The notes: a model not told the origin generated them from the letters alone. A stretch of DNA of 64,000 nt from an uncultured Acidobacteriaceae bacterium (GCA_963748225.1 CAVVHW010000015.1:7838-71837); one strand, 5' to 3'. Shown: positions 26,735 to 37,422, counted from the stretch's first letter. A program made the numbers and translations.

Positions 26735-27296
26735 ATGAATCCGGCTTTAGCCGCCGAGGGAACTCGCCGTTTGAACCATCTCCCCTCCGGGCTGAAGCTC
26801 GTTTCTTCTCCATCTCCCAAGGGCGCAGTTGAAGCTTCGTCCCTTCAACTTCGCTGGACCTGGTGGACGCTGGCGCCCTTAACGTTCGCCGCCGCCGTTG
26901 TCGCTACTCCCTACTTCCTGACCCACGGTTTCCCGGCGATCGGGTTCGCGTCTGTATCGCGGCTTCGCAATTGTCTGCCACCAGCGGCCCGAACGCTCCT
27001 TCTGGATCTTTGGTGGGACGGTCGCCGTGTGCTCGCGCTGTCTGGGAATCTATCTGGGCGCAGCCGCGGGCCTGCTCTTTCGCACCTCGCGCAGAATTGC
27101 TTTGCGTTTGCTGATCGCCGCTGCCGCGCTCAATCTTCTCGACGCGGCGACGGAGTTGGCTGGCCTGCACGGCAACTGGCTGGGAGTGCGATTCGTTCTC
27201 GGATGGGCGCTGGGTGCTGCGGGGGCACTGCTCATTTCATCATCTCGAACTCCGTTCAGCCCCTCTCGGGTCCATCTGCGAACTAAGGTAGAATGA
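26735..27296 (+). pseudogene. DUF2085-family membrane protein with an apparent frame break
   Basis: The N-terminal TM region (WWTLAPLTFAAAVVATPYFLTHGFPAIG) is in one frame. The family core (LYRGFAIVCHQRPERSFWIFGGTVAVCSRCLGIYLG...) is in another that opens only after TGA 26919-26921. The switch is near 26950. The true start is uncertain. Confidence 0.55.
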
Positions 27297-27300
27297 CCGA

Positions 27301-28233
27301 ATGCTTGGCCGCGACGCCCACACTGCCATGACAGCCGATCCCGCTCGGCTATCTTTGAAACCATCGCGGGTCCGCCGCCTATGGCGGGTACTATGGATCG
27401 GTTTCGCAGTCCTGGCCATTCTTGTCGCCGGACTTCTGCTCTACAACAACTATTCTTTGCGCAAACAATCGCGCGCGCAATTCGATGCGCAACTCGATGG
27501 AGCTCTGGAACGGGCAACGGTCTGGATAGTGGCGAATCGGGAGCTCTCGCTGAAGAACCCTTCTGTCATGTACATGATCGCCGACATGGCGAAGTTGTCC
27601 AGCGATCCGCGGCTGCAACAGATGCTATTCGAATATCGCGAGTGGCTGCCGCATTCATCCGAGGCACTCGCTCCCTTCTGGGTCCGGTTGGTTGACCGCC
27701 ACTCCCCGGTGCCTATGATCGCGGCCCCTCCCTTGCGTGGCCCGGGCGATGAGAGACTTTGGGACGCGTACGCCATCGCCCCGGACTACGTTCAGCTCAG
27801 CAGTGCCGATCGTGACGACATGTTCTCGCCCACCAAGTACATTTGGGGAGCGCGTCATCACCAACTGCTGGCGCTGATCATGTATCGCGACTTCAACGGA
27901 AGTTATCCCAAACTCGACTCCACCATTAATTACCTTTCTGAAAAAATTGCGCGCGACGCGCACTATGATTTCCGGGTCAGCGACTCGTACATTCAGCGGA
28001 CTGCTTTTGTCTTGGCTGCGGGGCGGCCCGACCTCATTCGAAGCCGCTGGGTAGAGCGTATTCTGGAAAATCAAATGCCCGACGGCTCATGGAAGTATTG
28101 CTGGTACGGCTGGTGTCGCGGCATCTTTGAGTTCAATCTCGTTAACCCAGGCCATCCTACCGTGCAGGCGGCGTGGGCACTTACCATGCTGAAGTATCGC
28201 TATCCGCAATGGATTGAAGAGCACTATCAATAG
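27301..28233 (+). CDS. hypothetical membrane-anchored protein
   Basis: 310-aa ORF with one N-terminal TM segment (LWRVLWIGFAVLAILVAGLLLY). The C-terminal ENQMPDGSWKY is reminiscent of prenyltransferase/terpene-cyclase repeats. No firm family. Confidence 0.55.
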   Translation: MLGRDAHTAMTADPARLSLKPSRVRRLWRVLWIGFAVLAILVAGLLLYNNYSLRKQSRAQFDAQLDGALERATVWIVANRELSLKNPSVMYMIADMAKLSSDPRLQQMLFEYREWLPHSSEALAPFWVRLVDRHSPVPMIAAPPLRGPGDERLWDAYAIAPDYVQLSSADRDDMFSPTKYIWGARHHQLLALIMYRDFNGSYPKLDSTINYLSEKIARDAHYDFRVSDSYIQRTAFVLAAGRPDLIRSRWVERILENQMPDGSWKYCWYGWCRGIFEFNLVNPGHPTVQAAWALTMLKYRYPQWIEEHYQ

Positions 28234-28237
28234 CTCG

Positions 28238-29618
28238 CTATGGGACCTGTGCGCCGCTGCTGCCACTTGATTCGCCAGACTGCGGTGCATATAGCTTGAG
28301 GTTTTCCTTCTTCCACCGCATCGCCGCGTAGATTCGGTTGTAACCGCTAGGATGGTCGAATAAGATGTACTCTTCGATCGGTCCCGGGTACATCTTGCGA
28401 TACTCGCCCAGGTGAATGGCGGCTTGGGCGAAACCATCCGGCTGGCGGCTGGCGTTTAGACCATACATGTCAGCTTCGTGCTCGGTAGTCCGGGTGTGAG
28501 TGTTAAGCAGAGGGGTCGCGACGAATCCGATGATGGAGACCAGCAGGATGACCAGCGGCACCACGGCGATGTCGCCGATACCGCGGATCTGCCACTTCTC
28601 TCCCCAGCGCTTCAGGCACCACTCCAGCGACCAGCGCAGCAGCGCGAAGCACACCACAATCAGCACGGTGAAGAACAGCAGATCTTTGGGAATGTGGTTG
28701 AGGACATAGTGTCCCATTTCGTGTCCCATGACCGCCTGGATTTCTTCCGGCGAACCACGGCGCAGCAGGTTGTCATTCAAGGTGACGCGCATGGTGCTGC
28801 CGAAGCCGCTGACGTTGGCGCTCATGCGCGTCGTCTGCTTCGAGGCATCCATCTCCCAGACATCTTTCGCCGGAATGCCATTGGCTCGCGCCAGGCTCAG
28901 AATGGGCGTGGTCACCTTGGGATCATCCAGACGGGTGACTTTGTTGAAGATGGGCACGATGAAGACCGGCACAATCATCACTGCGAATACCAGAAATACC
29001 GAGGTCACAATCGCTCCCCAGATCCACCAGGTGCGCGGCAGGCGGCGTACGATGCCGAACAGTAACATCGCAAGGACTCCGCCCAGAACGATGCCGATCA
29101 TCAGTCCTTTGGTCTGGTCCCATGCCCACGGGCCGAAGGTTTGCGTGGCCAGACCGTATTGGCGCTCGCGCGTGTATCCCTCATAAATCGCCAGCGGCGC
29201 GCCCAGAACGAACGTGATCACCGAATATTCAGCCCAGTAAATAAAAGTCTGCAGCGGCTTGAAACGGCGTTATGCGCTCCGCCAGATTGCGCATGGCCGC
29301 CGACCAGCGCAGGTTCAGCAGCAGAAGCGCGATCACGGCTCCATAGAGAAAATCCCACAAGATGAGCCAATAGCCGCCTTCGAAATACGCATCGCTGCGG
29401 GCCTTGGAGCTGGCGGGGATGCTCGCCATGTAGGCGTCGGTGGCGGCTTCCACGTTGAAGTTGGAGGAAGGCTGCGCTTCGGGAGGCACGGTCGTGACGG
29501 ACGGCATCTCGCTCGCCGCGTTGCCGGAGGCCGCTGCGGTTTGCGCCGGTGCAATGCTCAGACACACGCAGAAGATCAGGACAGCCAGAACACAACTGGC
29601 CCGCGTACCGAAGAACAT
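28238..29618 (-). pseudogene. M48 (Ste24/HtpX-like) zinc metallopeptidase with an apparent frame break
   Basis: The C-terminal ORF carries HEMGHYVLNH. The N-terminal ORF (MFFGTRASCVLAVLIF...MRNLAERIT) ends at 29229. The downstream frame is already open from 29269 and reads RRFKPLQTFIYWAEYSVITFVLGAPL. The switch is most likely near 29265-29275. Confidence 0.8.
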
Positions 29619-29727
29619 GAATGTACCTCGTTGTAAAGTCGGTAGGAGTATATACGCGTGAATGCAGCGAATTGTTTCACGCTCTTGGGTTTGCAAATTG
29701 AATTGCTTTAGAGCCGCGAAAGATTGA

Positions 29728-30024
29728 CTAGCCGCCGGCAATGGCCCCTATGATCAGAAAAGGCTCTGCACCCAACACGACGGCATCGGGCAATGGGGCG
29801 TCTGGAGATTCGTGGGACAAGTCCTCTTCGCAGGCGAAAAACCGCAGGAACGGCCGTCGTTGTTGGGTGACGTGGTCGCGGATGGTACCGCACAACATCG
29901 GATAGCGGGCTTCGAGTGCGTCGAGGACCGAGCGCTGCGTGACTCGGCCCTCCACTTCAATTTCTATCTCGCTGCCAACTTTCGCCAGCGTCCGCAGATG
30001 TGCCGGCAAGACGACGCGGATCAT
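29728..30024 (-). CDS. MoaD/ThiS-family ubiquitin-like sulfur-carrier protein
   Basis: 98 aa ending ...IIGAIAGG (C-terminal Gly-Gly). Its start overlaps the stop of the upstream BNR-repeat gene by 4 nt. Confidence 0.8.
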   Translation of the reverse strand: MIRVVLPAHLRTLAKVGSEIEIEVEGRVTQRSVLDALEARYPMLCGTIRDHVTQQRRPFLRFFACEEDLSHESPDAPLPDAVVLGAEPFLIIGAIAGG

Positions 30025-31199
30025 GGCAGCGTCTGCACCTCGACCGAAAGCACAGCCGGAAGATCGCGCACAATGGGCGCCCAGTTGTCTCCCGCGTCAG
30101 ACGACGCATACACCTGACCGCCGGTGGTACCGAAATACACCCCGCAGGAATCCAGCGAGTCCACGGCCATGGCGTCGCGCAGGACGTTTACGTAGCAGTT
30201 GCTCTGCGGCAGGCCTTTAGTAAGCGCCTCCCACTCGTTTCCGCCGGTGCGACTGCGATACACGCGCAGCTTTCCCTCAGGAGGAAAGTGCTCTCCGTCA
30301 CTCTTGATGGGAACCACATAGATCGTCTCCGGCTCATGCGCATGCACGTCAATCACGAAGCCGAAGTCGGTGGGCAAATTTCCACTGACCTCATGCCATG
30401 AGTCGCCGGCGTCGTCGCTGCGCATGACGTCCCAATGCTTCTGCATGAATAGCACGCCAGGGCGCGAGGGATGCATCGCGACGTGATGCACGCAGTGGCC
30501 GATCTCAGCCGTCGGGTCGGGAATGTATTGCGAACGCAGTCCCTGGTTGATCGGCTTCCACGTCTTGCCGCCATCGTCGGTGCGGAAAGGCCCGGCGCTG
30601 AGATGGCAATGTAAATCCGGCCAGGATCCTTGGGATCGAGAATGATGGTGTGCAGGCACATTCCACCGGCGCCCGGCTGCCAGTGCGGCCCGGTGCCATG
30701 CCCGCGCAATCCGGGAAGTTCGTGCCAGCTCGTTCCTCCGTCGGTTGAACGAAAGAGGGCGGCGTCTTCAACCCCTGCGTACACCGTGTTCAGGATCGGT
30801 GAGCGACGGTTCCAGATGCCACACCCGCTTGAACTCCCACGGGTGCTGCGTACCGTCGTACCATTGATGCGTGGTCAGGGGTTTGCCGGTCTCCGTAGAA
30901 CTGTCGTAAACAAATTTATTGCTCGCACCTCCCTGCATGGCCTCAGGACCCGGCTTTATGTCGCCCCCCGGCGCCTCCCAGGTTTTACCGCCATCATTGG
31001 ATCGCTGAATGACTTGGCCAAACCATCCGCTGGTCTGCGACGCATAAATGCGATTCGGATCGACCGGCGATCCTTTGATGTGGTACATCTCCCATCCGGC
31101 AAAATGGGGGCCGCTGACGTCCCACCGTTCGCGCTTGCCATCGGACTCTAGAACGAACGCGCCCTTGCGTGTGCCCACCAGAACTCTTACTTTGCTCAT
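30021..31199 (-). pseudogene. BNR/Asp-box (sialidase-like propeller) repeat protein with two compensating frame breaks
   Basis: Three consecutive ORFs together read as one protein with repeated S-x-D-x-G-x-T-W boxes ([44 protein letters not shown]). The first and third ORFs share a frame. The middle ~196 nt is shifted. Confidence 0.8.
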
Positions 31200-31537
31200 C
31201 CTCAATCCTCCCTACCCGCGTCGCAGGTGTCTCATCATATTGACGATTGGGTTGGCTAAAGATCGACATCTCCGGCGAAAAAATCCTTTTGCCGGGCCTA
31301 TGACTCTTCTGCCAGTCTGATGCCTTAAGTGTGCCAAACCGCCTACCGAGATCACTTGCAAGAATATACGGCTATGGTGCGATAGGTCGCGCCGACTTTG
31401 CAAGGGCCCATTACGAAACTCGCCTTCAGTACCCGCCGAGTCTGTGCCGGTGTTATGCCACTTGGGTTCTTTGGCCGCCACCGTTAGAATCGAAAGTTGG
31501 CATTCATGCCGCCATTGGCGGACAAGAGGAGTTCTTG

Positions 31538-31810
31538 ATGGCACACATGGTGAAGTGCGTAAAGATGGGCCGCGAAATGGAAGGTCTGGACGAGCCGCCC
31601 TTCGATGGTGAACTCGGACAGAAGATCTATAACAACGTTTCCAAGCTCGCGTGGGAGCAGTGGCAGGAGCACATGAAGATGCTGCTCAACGAATACCGCC
31701 TGCAACCGTGGAAGAAAGAGCACCAGGAATTCATCGTGCAGCAGATGGATGCCTATTTCTTCGGCGAAGGCGCCGAGAAGCCCAAGGAGTATGTGCCGCC
31801 TAAACAGTAG
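31538..31810 (+). CDS. yggX: Fe(2+)-trafficking / oxidative-damage protection protein YggX
   Basis: 90 aa. MAHMVKCVKMGREMEGLDEPPFDGELGQKIYNNVSKLAWEQWQEHMKMLLNEYRL is the YggX pattern. AAGAGGAG lies upstream of ATG 31538. Confidence 0.9.
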   Translation: MAHMVKCVKMGREMEGLDEPPFDGELGQKIYNNVSKLAWEQWQEHMKMLLNEYRLQPWKKEHQEFIVQQMDAYFFGEGAEKPKEYVPPKQ

Positions 31811-31898
31811 TCAGTTGTCAGTGGTCAGTGGTCAGTAACTGGTTGTTAGGGCCGCCACTACAAGAACTGACAACCGACAACTAGCTACTGACAACTGC
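31811..31898. repeat. oligomer-repeat hairpin filling the gap between convergent yggX and amylase genes
   Basis: cagttgtcagt (31812-31822) pairs perfectly with actgacaactg (31887-31897). The interior is made of degenerate cagt/gaca oligomers. It probably acts as a bidirectional terminator. Confidence 0.55.
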
Positions 31899-33239
31899 TT
31901 ACACCTGTGGCGCGTAAACCGCCCATCCTCGCGGAGCGGCCCAAAAATCAGCGTAACCGTCGGCCGAGGTCGTTTTCGCATCGGGACGGCTGTTGTCATA
32001 TCCTCCGTAAGCTACCGGCTGAAACTGCACATTCGACCACTGGGTTTGCACCAACGCACCATTCCAGGCATCGCCCAGATTGTTGAGCACATAAACCAAC
32101 CCCGGAGCGCCACTCGCCCCGATGCGCTGCATCACGTAGAGATTGTCGTTGGCATATAACACCTCCGTCGTTCCGCCGGCGTGTTGCTCGTGGGCGGCGA
32201 CCAGCGCCGCGATCCCATTGGGCGTACCCGTCTTCGCCAGACCGAAGTTGTACCAGTCCATCCAGAAAACGCTGGGATAGCCTTCATGCGTAAGGATGAA
32301 GCTGTACGCCAGCAGCTTGTCATTGTTGATGGCGTTGGCCGGATCGCGAATGGTGTCGTGGTTGTCAACGAAGCTCACTGCTTGCGACGGCGTGTCCTGC
32401 ACTACGGTTCCGGGAGTGGCGAGCATGCTCAGACTGAAGCCATAGGTGTCGCAGAGGTCCTTCAGCCGGTAATGCAGCGGAAAATCGAACGCCGAAACAG
32501 GATTGTCGGTGTAACTGTTGACCTCGCCGAGCCAGTCGTCCACGGTGCGTTCGTTGTCCCAGCACTCGCCTACGCAGAACGTGTAAAAGTTATCCTCCGA
32601 TTTTTTCAGGTAGCGCAGCTCGGCGATCGATTGCACCATCCAAGGCGCATAGCCTTTAACGAAATCAAAACGGAAGCCATCGAAACCGATAGTTTCTACC
32701 ATCCACTGCGCCACCTCAATGAGCGCGGCGTAAACCACGGGATTGCGGTGGCAGAGATCGGGCATGTCACCGAAGGTCATCTCGTCGAATATCTCGAATG
32801 GCGACGGATGGAAGCATGTCCAGTCGCGCGGAAACTTGCCGCTGGCGGGATTGAACTTGGTCCAGCGCGTCTGGCCATCGATAGGGTTAACCTCTTGCGC
32901 GTCGCCACCGTTGTTGTGGTCGAGCACCAGGTCGGCATAGACCTGCATGTTCGCGGTGTGCGCCGCGTTGATCAGCGAGACCAGCTCCGCCTGATTGCCA
33001 AACCAGGTCTTGAGGCGGCCTTTCTGGTTGAAATCGCCAAGGTCGAAGTAGTCGTACGGATCGTAGCCCATGGACGGGCCACCGATATTCGCCGCTTTGC
33101 ACGCGGGCGGCAGCCATAGCGCGGTGAATCCAGCCTGCTGCAACTCTGGAAGTTTGCCGGCAAGGAAGTTCCACCAGGTGCCGTCCTGATTTTCTGCCGA
33201 TGGACAGTTCCAATAGAAAGCCTGAAATAAGACTCCCAT
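31899..33239 (-). CDS. alpha-amylase family glycoside hydrolase (GH13)
   Basis: GH13 regions: DLVLDHN, GFDGFRFDFVKG, GECWD, FVDNHD. Start taken at MGVLFQAFYW (AGGAG upstream) rather than the in-frame start at 33278. Confidence 0.9.
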   Translation of the reverse strand: MGVLFQAFYWNCPSAENQDGTWWNFLAGKLPELQQAGFTALWLPPACKAANIGGPSMGYDPYDYFDLGDFNQKGRLKTWFGNQAELVSLINAAHTANMQVYADLVLDHNNGGDAQEVNPIDGQTRWTKFNPASGKFPRDWTCFHPSPFEIFDEMTFGDMPDLCHRNPVVYAALIEVAQWMVETIGFDGFRFDFVKGYAPWMVQSIAELRYLKKSEDNFYTFCVGECWDNERTVDDWLGEVNSYTDNPVSAFDFPLHYRLKDLCDTYGFSLSMLATPGTVVQDTPSQAVSFVDNHDTIRDPANAINNDKLLAYSFILTHEGYPSVFWMDWYNFGLAKTGTPNGIAALVAAHEQHAGGTTEVLYANDNLYVMQRIGASGAPGLVYVLNNLGDAWNGALVQTQWSNVQFQPVAYGGYDNSRPDAKTTSADGYADFWAAPRGWAVYAPQV

Positions 33240-33327
33240 GGCGAGCTCCTTTTTGCGGATGGAAAGAGGATAACGCAATCGGCCGCCGATGGCTGTGACC
33301 TTAAGAATGAAAAACTGGTAAACGCGA

Positions 33328-33996
33328 CTACGCCCTGACCGATTGTTCGTCCGGCCCCAGCGGCAGAAAATACTGTGTGCCCCGGATCGGCTCGCTGACC
33401 CGTCGCAGCAGCGCCTGCAAGTCTTCGCTGCGCTCCACGAAGTCGATCTCCGAGGTGTTCACGATCAGCAGGTCCGACGACGTGTAGTGAAAGAAAAAGT
33501 GTTCGTACGCCTTGATCACTTCTTCCAGATAGTCGTCGCTTATGGCCTTCTCGCCGGGGGCGTTCTTCTTCTTCAGCCGCTTCTTCAGCACTTCAGGCGT
33601 CGCCTGCAGGTAGATGACGAGGTCTGGCGTTGGCACGTTTTGCCGGAACAGCTCGTAGTAGCGGTTGTAAACGTCCAGCTCGGCATCGCCCAGGTTAAGG
33701 CAGGCAAACAACTTGTCTTTTTCGAAAATGTAATCGGCTACGTAGGTCTTGTTGGGATTGTGTTTGACGTCGAGGCTGCCCAGTTGCTCGTAACGCGCGA
33801 TGAGGAATGCGAACTGCGCCTGGAAAGCGGCCCCGTGGTCACCTTCGTAGAACGATCGCAGAAACGGGTTGTGCTCTGGCTCGGTGATGCGCTGCGCGTG
33901 CAAGGTTTCCGCGATGACCTGGCAAAGCGTGCTTTTGCCGACGCGGATCGGGCCTTCGACTGCAATGTACCGGGGTGGTTCGAAAAGGTTCGCCAT
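33328..33996 (-). CDS. deoxynucleoside kinase
   Basis: P-loop IAVEGPIRVGKST, then EP...NPFL..FY and DYIFEKD..FA motifs of the dNK/dCK/dGK family. Confidence 0.85.
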   Translation of the reverse strand: MANLFEPPRYIAVEGPIRVGKSTLCQVIAETLHAQRITEPEHNPFLRSFYEGDHGAAFQAQFAFLIARYEQLGSLDVKHNPNKTYVADYIFEKDKLFACLNLGDAELDVYNRYYELFRQNVPTPDLVIYLQATPEVLKKRLKKKNAPGEKAISDDYLEEVIKAYEHFFFHYTSSDLLIVNTSEIDFVERSEDLQALLRRVSEPIRGTQYFLPLGPDEQSVRA

Positions 33997-34242
33997 GGGA
34001 GTTAAACGTTACGAATCGCAGAATATCTTGCTCGCCGTCCGCGCGCAATTGTCGTGATGGTAAATGTTTGGAGGATCGCTGTTCGCTGTTCGCTATTTGC
34101 GGTTCGCTTTTTTTGCGTCGGGCAGCTAAGTCGAATCCGGTAAACCCCACGAGAGCAAAGTCTCGCCCAGTGGTCTCAACGAAGTCATTGCACTCTCAGA
34201 AAGCCTAGGAGCGAAAAACCAATAGCGAAAGGCGAAGAGCGA

Positions 34243-35007
34243 ATGGCCAACAACGACTCTCCCGCTACAATTGAGGCCGTGCTTCCACAGCTTACTGGCG
34301 GGATGGCCGTTGCGGGACTGGCGAGTTGGGCTGGCTACCACACCATGTCACCCACCTCGCAGCTCTACGGTCGAACCTTCATTGGCCTCGGACCTGGCTC
34401 TCGTCTGCTGGCGCTCACGTACGATGACGGGCCGAACGATCCTTACACCTGGCGGATGCTCGAGGTCCTGGAACGCCATCAGGTAAAGGCAACATTTTTC
34501 CTCATCGGACAATACGTGCAGCAGAAGCCCGAGATCGCGCGCGCCGTGGTCGCCGCCGGTCACGCCATCGGCAGTCACACCTGGAGCCATCCCAACCTGA
34601 TCTTTCAACAAGTCACCGAGCTGCGCCGCCAGCTCGTGCAGACGCGGCAAGCTATCCTCGATGCCACCGGCGTTGAAACGAAAATCTTTCGCCCACCGTT
34701 CGGTGGCCGCCGCCCGGCTACGCTGCGCACCGTGCGAGCGTTCGGCTTGCAGACCGTGATGTGGAACGTCACCTGTTGCGACTGGAAGGCGAAGCCAGCA
34801 GACGAAATCGTCGCCCACGCCGAGCGTCAGATTCGCAGTGGCGACGTCATCCTGCTGCATGACGGCTCACATGTGCGGATGGGCGTCGACCGCAGCCGCA
34901 GTGTCGAAGCCAGCGACCGGATCCTCAGTCGCTATCGGGGCGAGGGCTACGAGTTCGTCACGATTCCCGAAATGATGGAAAAGCAGCAATTAGCAATTGG
35001 CCGTTAG
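34243..35007 (+). CDS. polysaccharide deacetylase (NodB homology, CE4)
   Basis: LTYDDGPND, ATFFLIG, GHAIGSHTWSHP and FRPPFGG are the NodB motifs. Confidence 0.88.
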   Translation: MANNDSPATIEAVLPQLTGGMAVAGLASWAGYHTMSPTSQLYGRTFIGLGPGSRLLALTYDDGPNDPYTWRMLEVLERHQVKATFFLIGQYVQQKPEIARAVVAAGHAIGSHTWSHPNLIFQQVTELRRQLVQTRQAILDATGVETKIFRPPFGGRRPATLRTVRAFGLQTVMWNVTCCDWKAKPADEIVAHAERQIRSGDVILLHDGSHVRMGVDRSRSVEASDRILSRYRGEGYEFVTIPEMMEKQQLAIGR

Positions 35008-35030
35008 CAATTAACAACGACCAAAGCAGA

Positions 35031-36326
35031 TCACACCAGCGCCAGGGCTTCTCTTGCCCCGGCAATCGTGTCGTCGATATCCCCTTGCGTGTGCGCGATG
35101 CTGAGGAACGCAGCTTCAAATTGTGACGGCGGCAGCCAGACGCCAGCGTCGAGCAGGGCGCCGTGGAAGCGGCCAAACTTGGCGGTGTCGCAGGTGGCCG
35201 CGCTCTCCCAATCAGTGACCTGCCTGTCAGTGAAGAAGAACGTGAACATCGATCCCACGCGGTTGGCGGTCATTGGCACGCCCGCGCCTTTAGCCGCTGC
35301 CATGACGCCCGCCACGAGCTTGCCCGCCATGTCACCAAGCTGTTTATAGAAGTGCTGACGGTTGGCCTTTAGCTGGCACAGCGTCGCGATACCCGCTGCC
35401 ATCGCTAGGGGATTGCCGCTCAATGTTCCCGCTTGATACACAGGGCCGACAGGAGCGACCAGGTCCATAATCTTCGCCGGTCCGCCGTAAGCGCCCACTG
35501 GCAGACCGCCTCCGATAATCTTTCCCAGCGTCGTGAGGTCGGGCTTGATGTTGTACAACTCCGATGCGCCGCCGAAAGCCACGCGGAATCCAGTCATTAC
35601 CTCGTCGAAGATAAGCAACGCCCCTTCGCGCGCGGTGATCTCGCGCAGGGCTTCGAGATAGCCCGGCTGGGGCGGAACGCATCCCATATTGCCGACGACC
35701 GGCTCCACGATCACGCAGGCAATCTGGCCTTTGAATTTGGCGAACGCCGCTTCCACCGCATTGCGATCGTTGTAAGGCAGTGCCAGGGTGAACTCGACAA
35801 ACTCTGGCGGCACACCTGCCGAGCCGGGAATGCCGAGCGTGGCCACGCCGGAGCCAGCCTTTACCAGCAGGGCGTCGCTGTGTCCGTGATAGCAACCTTC
35901 GAACTTCACGATGAACTTGCGTTCGGTATACGCGCGGGCCAGCCGAATCGCCGACATCGTAGCTTCTGTTCCCGAGCTGACGAGGCGCACCTTCTCGATA
36001 GCAGGAAAAGCCTCGACCACCAGCGCAGCCAGATCAGCTTCGGTTGGAGTGGAGGCTCCGAAGCTGGTGCCATTGCGGGCGGCCTGAATGATGGCCTCGA
36101 GGACCTCGGGATCGGAGTGGCCGAGGATCAACGGACCCCACGATCCCACATAGTCGATGTACCGGTTGCCGTCTGCATCCCAAACATGAGCGCCCAGCCC
36201 GCGGACGAGGAACGGCGGCGTGCCGCCGACCGAACGGAAGGCGCGGACCGGCGAATTGACTCCGCCGGGGATCAGATGCTCAGCGCGGGTTTGCAATGCG
36301 CGGGACGTGTTAAGAGTACGGGCCAT
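35031..36326 (-). CDS. hemL: glutamate-1-semialdehyde 2,1-aminomutase
   Basis: Class III aminotransferase. N-terminal [23 protein letters not shown] and the PLP-lysine context [12 protein letters not shown] are typical of HemL. Confidence 0.95.
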   Translation of the reverse strand: MARTLNTSRALQTRAEHLIPGGVNSPVRAFRSVGGTPPFLVRGLGAHVWDADGNRYIDYVGSWGPLILGHSDPEVLEAIIQAARNGTSFGASTPTEADLAALVVEAFPAIEKVRLVSSGTEATMSAIRLARAYTERKFIVKFEGCYHGHSDALLVKAGSGVATLGIPGSAGVPPEFVEFTLALPYNDRNAVEAAFAKFKGQIACVIVEPVVGNMGCVPPQPGYLEALREITAREGALLIFDEVMTGFRVAFGGASELYNIKPDLTTLGKIIGGGLPVGAYGGPAKIMDLVAPVGPVYQAGTLSGNPLAMAAGIATLCQLKANRQHFYKQLGDMAGKLVAGVMAAAKGAGVPMTANRVGSMFTFFFTDRQVTDWESAATCDTAKFGRFHGALLDAGVWLPPSQFEAAFLSIAHTQGDIDDTIAGAREALALV

Positions 36327-36511
36327 GTTCGCTATTCGCCTTTCGCGATTCGCTCTTCATTTGCCGGCTTGTGGCGTAAACAGACGAGTTTATCAGGGGA
36401 GCGACAAGGCGGTTGCGAGCGCGCCCAGTGAAGACTACTTTGTTGGGTCGAGCACCGAAAAAGAGGAGGAGATGGAACGGACCGCACTGTTCTTGTGTAC
36501 ACTGTAACCGT

Positions 36512-36730
36512 ATGAAAAATATTACGCTAAGTGCAGACGACGACCTGATCGAGCAGGCACGACGGGTAGCGCGCTCGCAGCACAAGACGCTGAACTCGGT
36601 TTTTCGGGAGTGGCTGCTAAACTTTACCGCCCAGTCCGGCAACGGGCAGGAGGTGGATGCGCTCATGCGCCGGCTGCGTCACGTCAATGCGGGCCGCCAT
36701 TTTAGCCGGGACGAAATGAATGAACGGTAG
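36512..36730 (+). CDS. vapB: VapB-like antitoxin
   Basis: 72 aa starting MKNITLSADDDLIEQARRVA.... It overlaps the downstream PIN gene by 11 nt. Confidence 0.7.
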   Translation: MKNITLSADDDLIEQARRVARSQHKTLNSVFREWLLNFTAQSGNGQEVDALMRRLRHVNAGRHFSRDEMNER

Positions 36731-37175
36731 ATTTTTTCTTGACACGAATATCTTCGTTTACTCATTCGACAGAAATTCACCGGAGAAGCTCCGCCGGTCA
36801 ACCCAACTGATTCGTCAAGCCGTCGCAACCGGGAAGGGCGCGGTCAGTTATCAGGTGGTGCAAGAGTTCTTCAACGTCGCGCTACGCCGGTTCTCGCCAC
36901 CCATGACTGTAGCCGAAGCAGAACAATATTTGGGAACGGTGTTCCGTCCGCTGCTGACCGTGCATTCGTCGCAAGCTCTATACGCGGAGGCCCTTCATCT
37001 GCAACATAAATATCGTTCATCCTGGTACGACTCCTTGATCCTGGCTGGAGCCTTCGAAGCGCAGTGCAGCGTGCTTTACAGCGAAGACCTACAGCATGAC
37101 CAAGAATTTGGCGGGTTGCGAATCGAGAACCCTTTTTCGTCGCTCCCGGGCGCTTCCCGATCAACAAAGGCTTGA
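36720..37175 (+). CDS. vapC: PIN-domain toxin VapC
   Basis: FFLDTNIFVY (first acidic residue), VVQEF, and SWYDSLILAGA...VLYSEDLQ fit the PIN acidic quartet layout. Confidence 0.85.
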   Translation: MNGRFFLDTNIFVYSFDRNSPEKLRRSTQLIRQAVATGKGAVSYQVVQEFFNVALRRFSPPMTVAEAEQYLGTVFRPLLTVHSSQALYAEALHLQHKYRSSWYDSLILAGAFEAQCSVLYSEDLQHDQEFGGLRIENPFSSLPGASRSTKA

Positions 37176-37205
37176 AGGACCAGGTATGGCAAGAGGCTGA
37201 TCGGC

Positions 37206-37422
37206 AAAGCTCCGTCGATCAACGCAACTGATTCGACGAGCAGGAGCAACCGGAATCGGGAAGAGCTTGCAGGCATCGTTCTCACAACCCGAGGTGGTGT
37301 ACATTACTAAGCACTATCGCCGCGTCGTGGCATGGGTGTTGACTGGTCATACTCCCGAAGGCGCTTTTTACAAGGGCGCCGCAGATCGGCGACACCAGCT
37401 AGAATTGAACTCCAAGTCATAG
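37206..37422 (+). pseudogene. degenerate partial duplicate of vapC
   Basis: It reads KLRRSTQLIRRAGATGIGKS..., versus vapC codons 23-40 KLRRSTQLIRQAVATGKGAV. The nucleotide similarity to 36785-36840 is visible by eye. The N-terminus and any start are missing. Confidence 0.45.
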
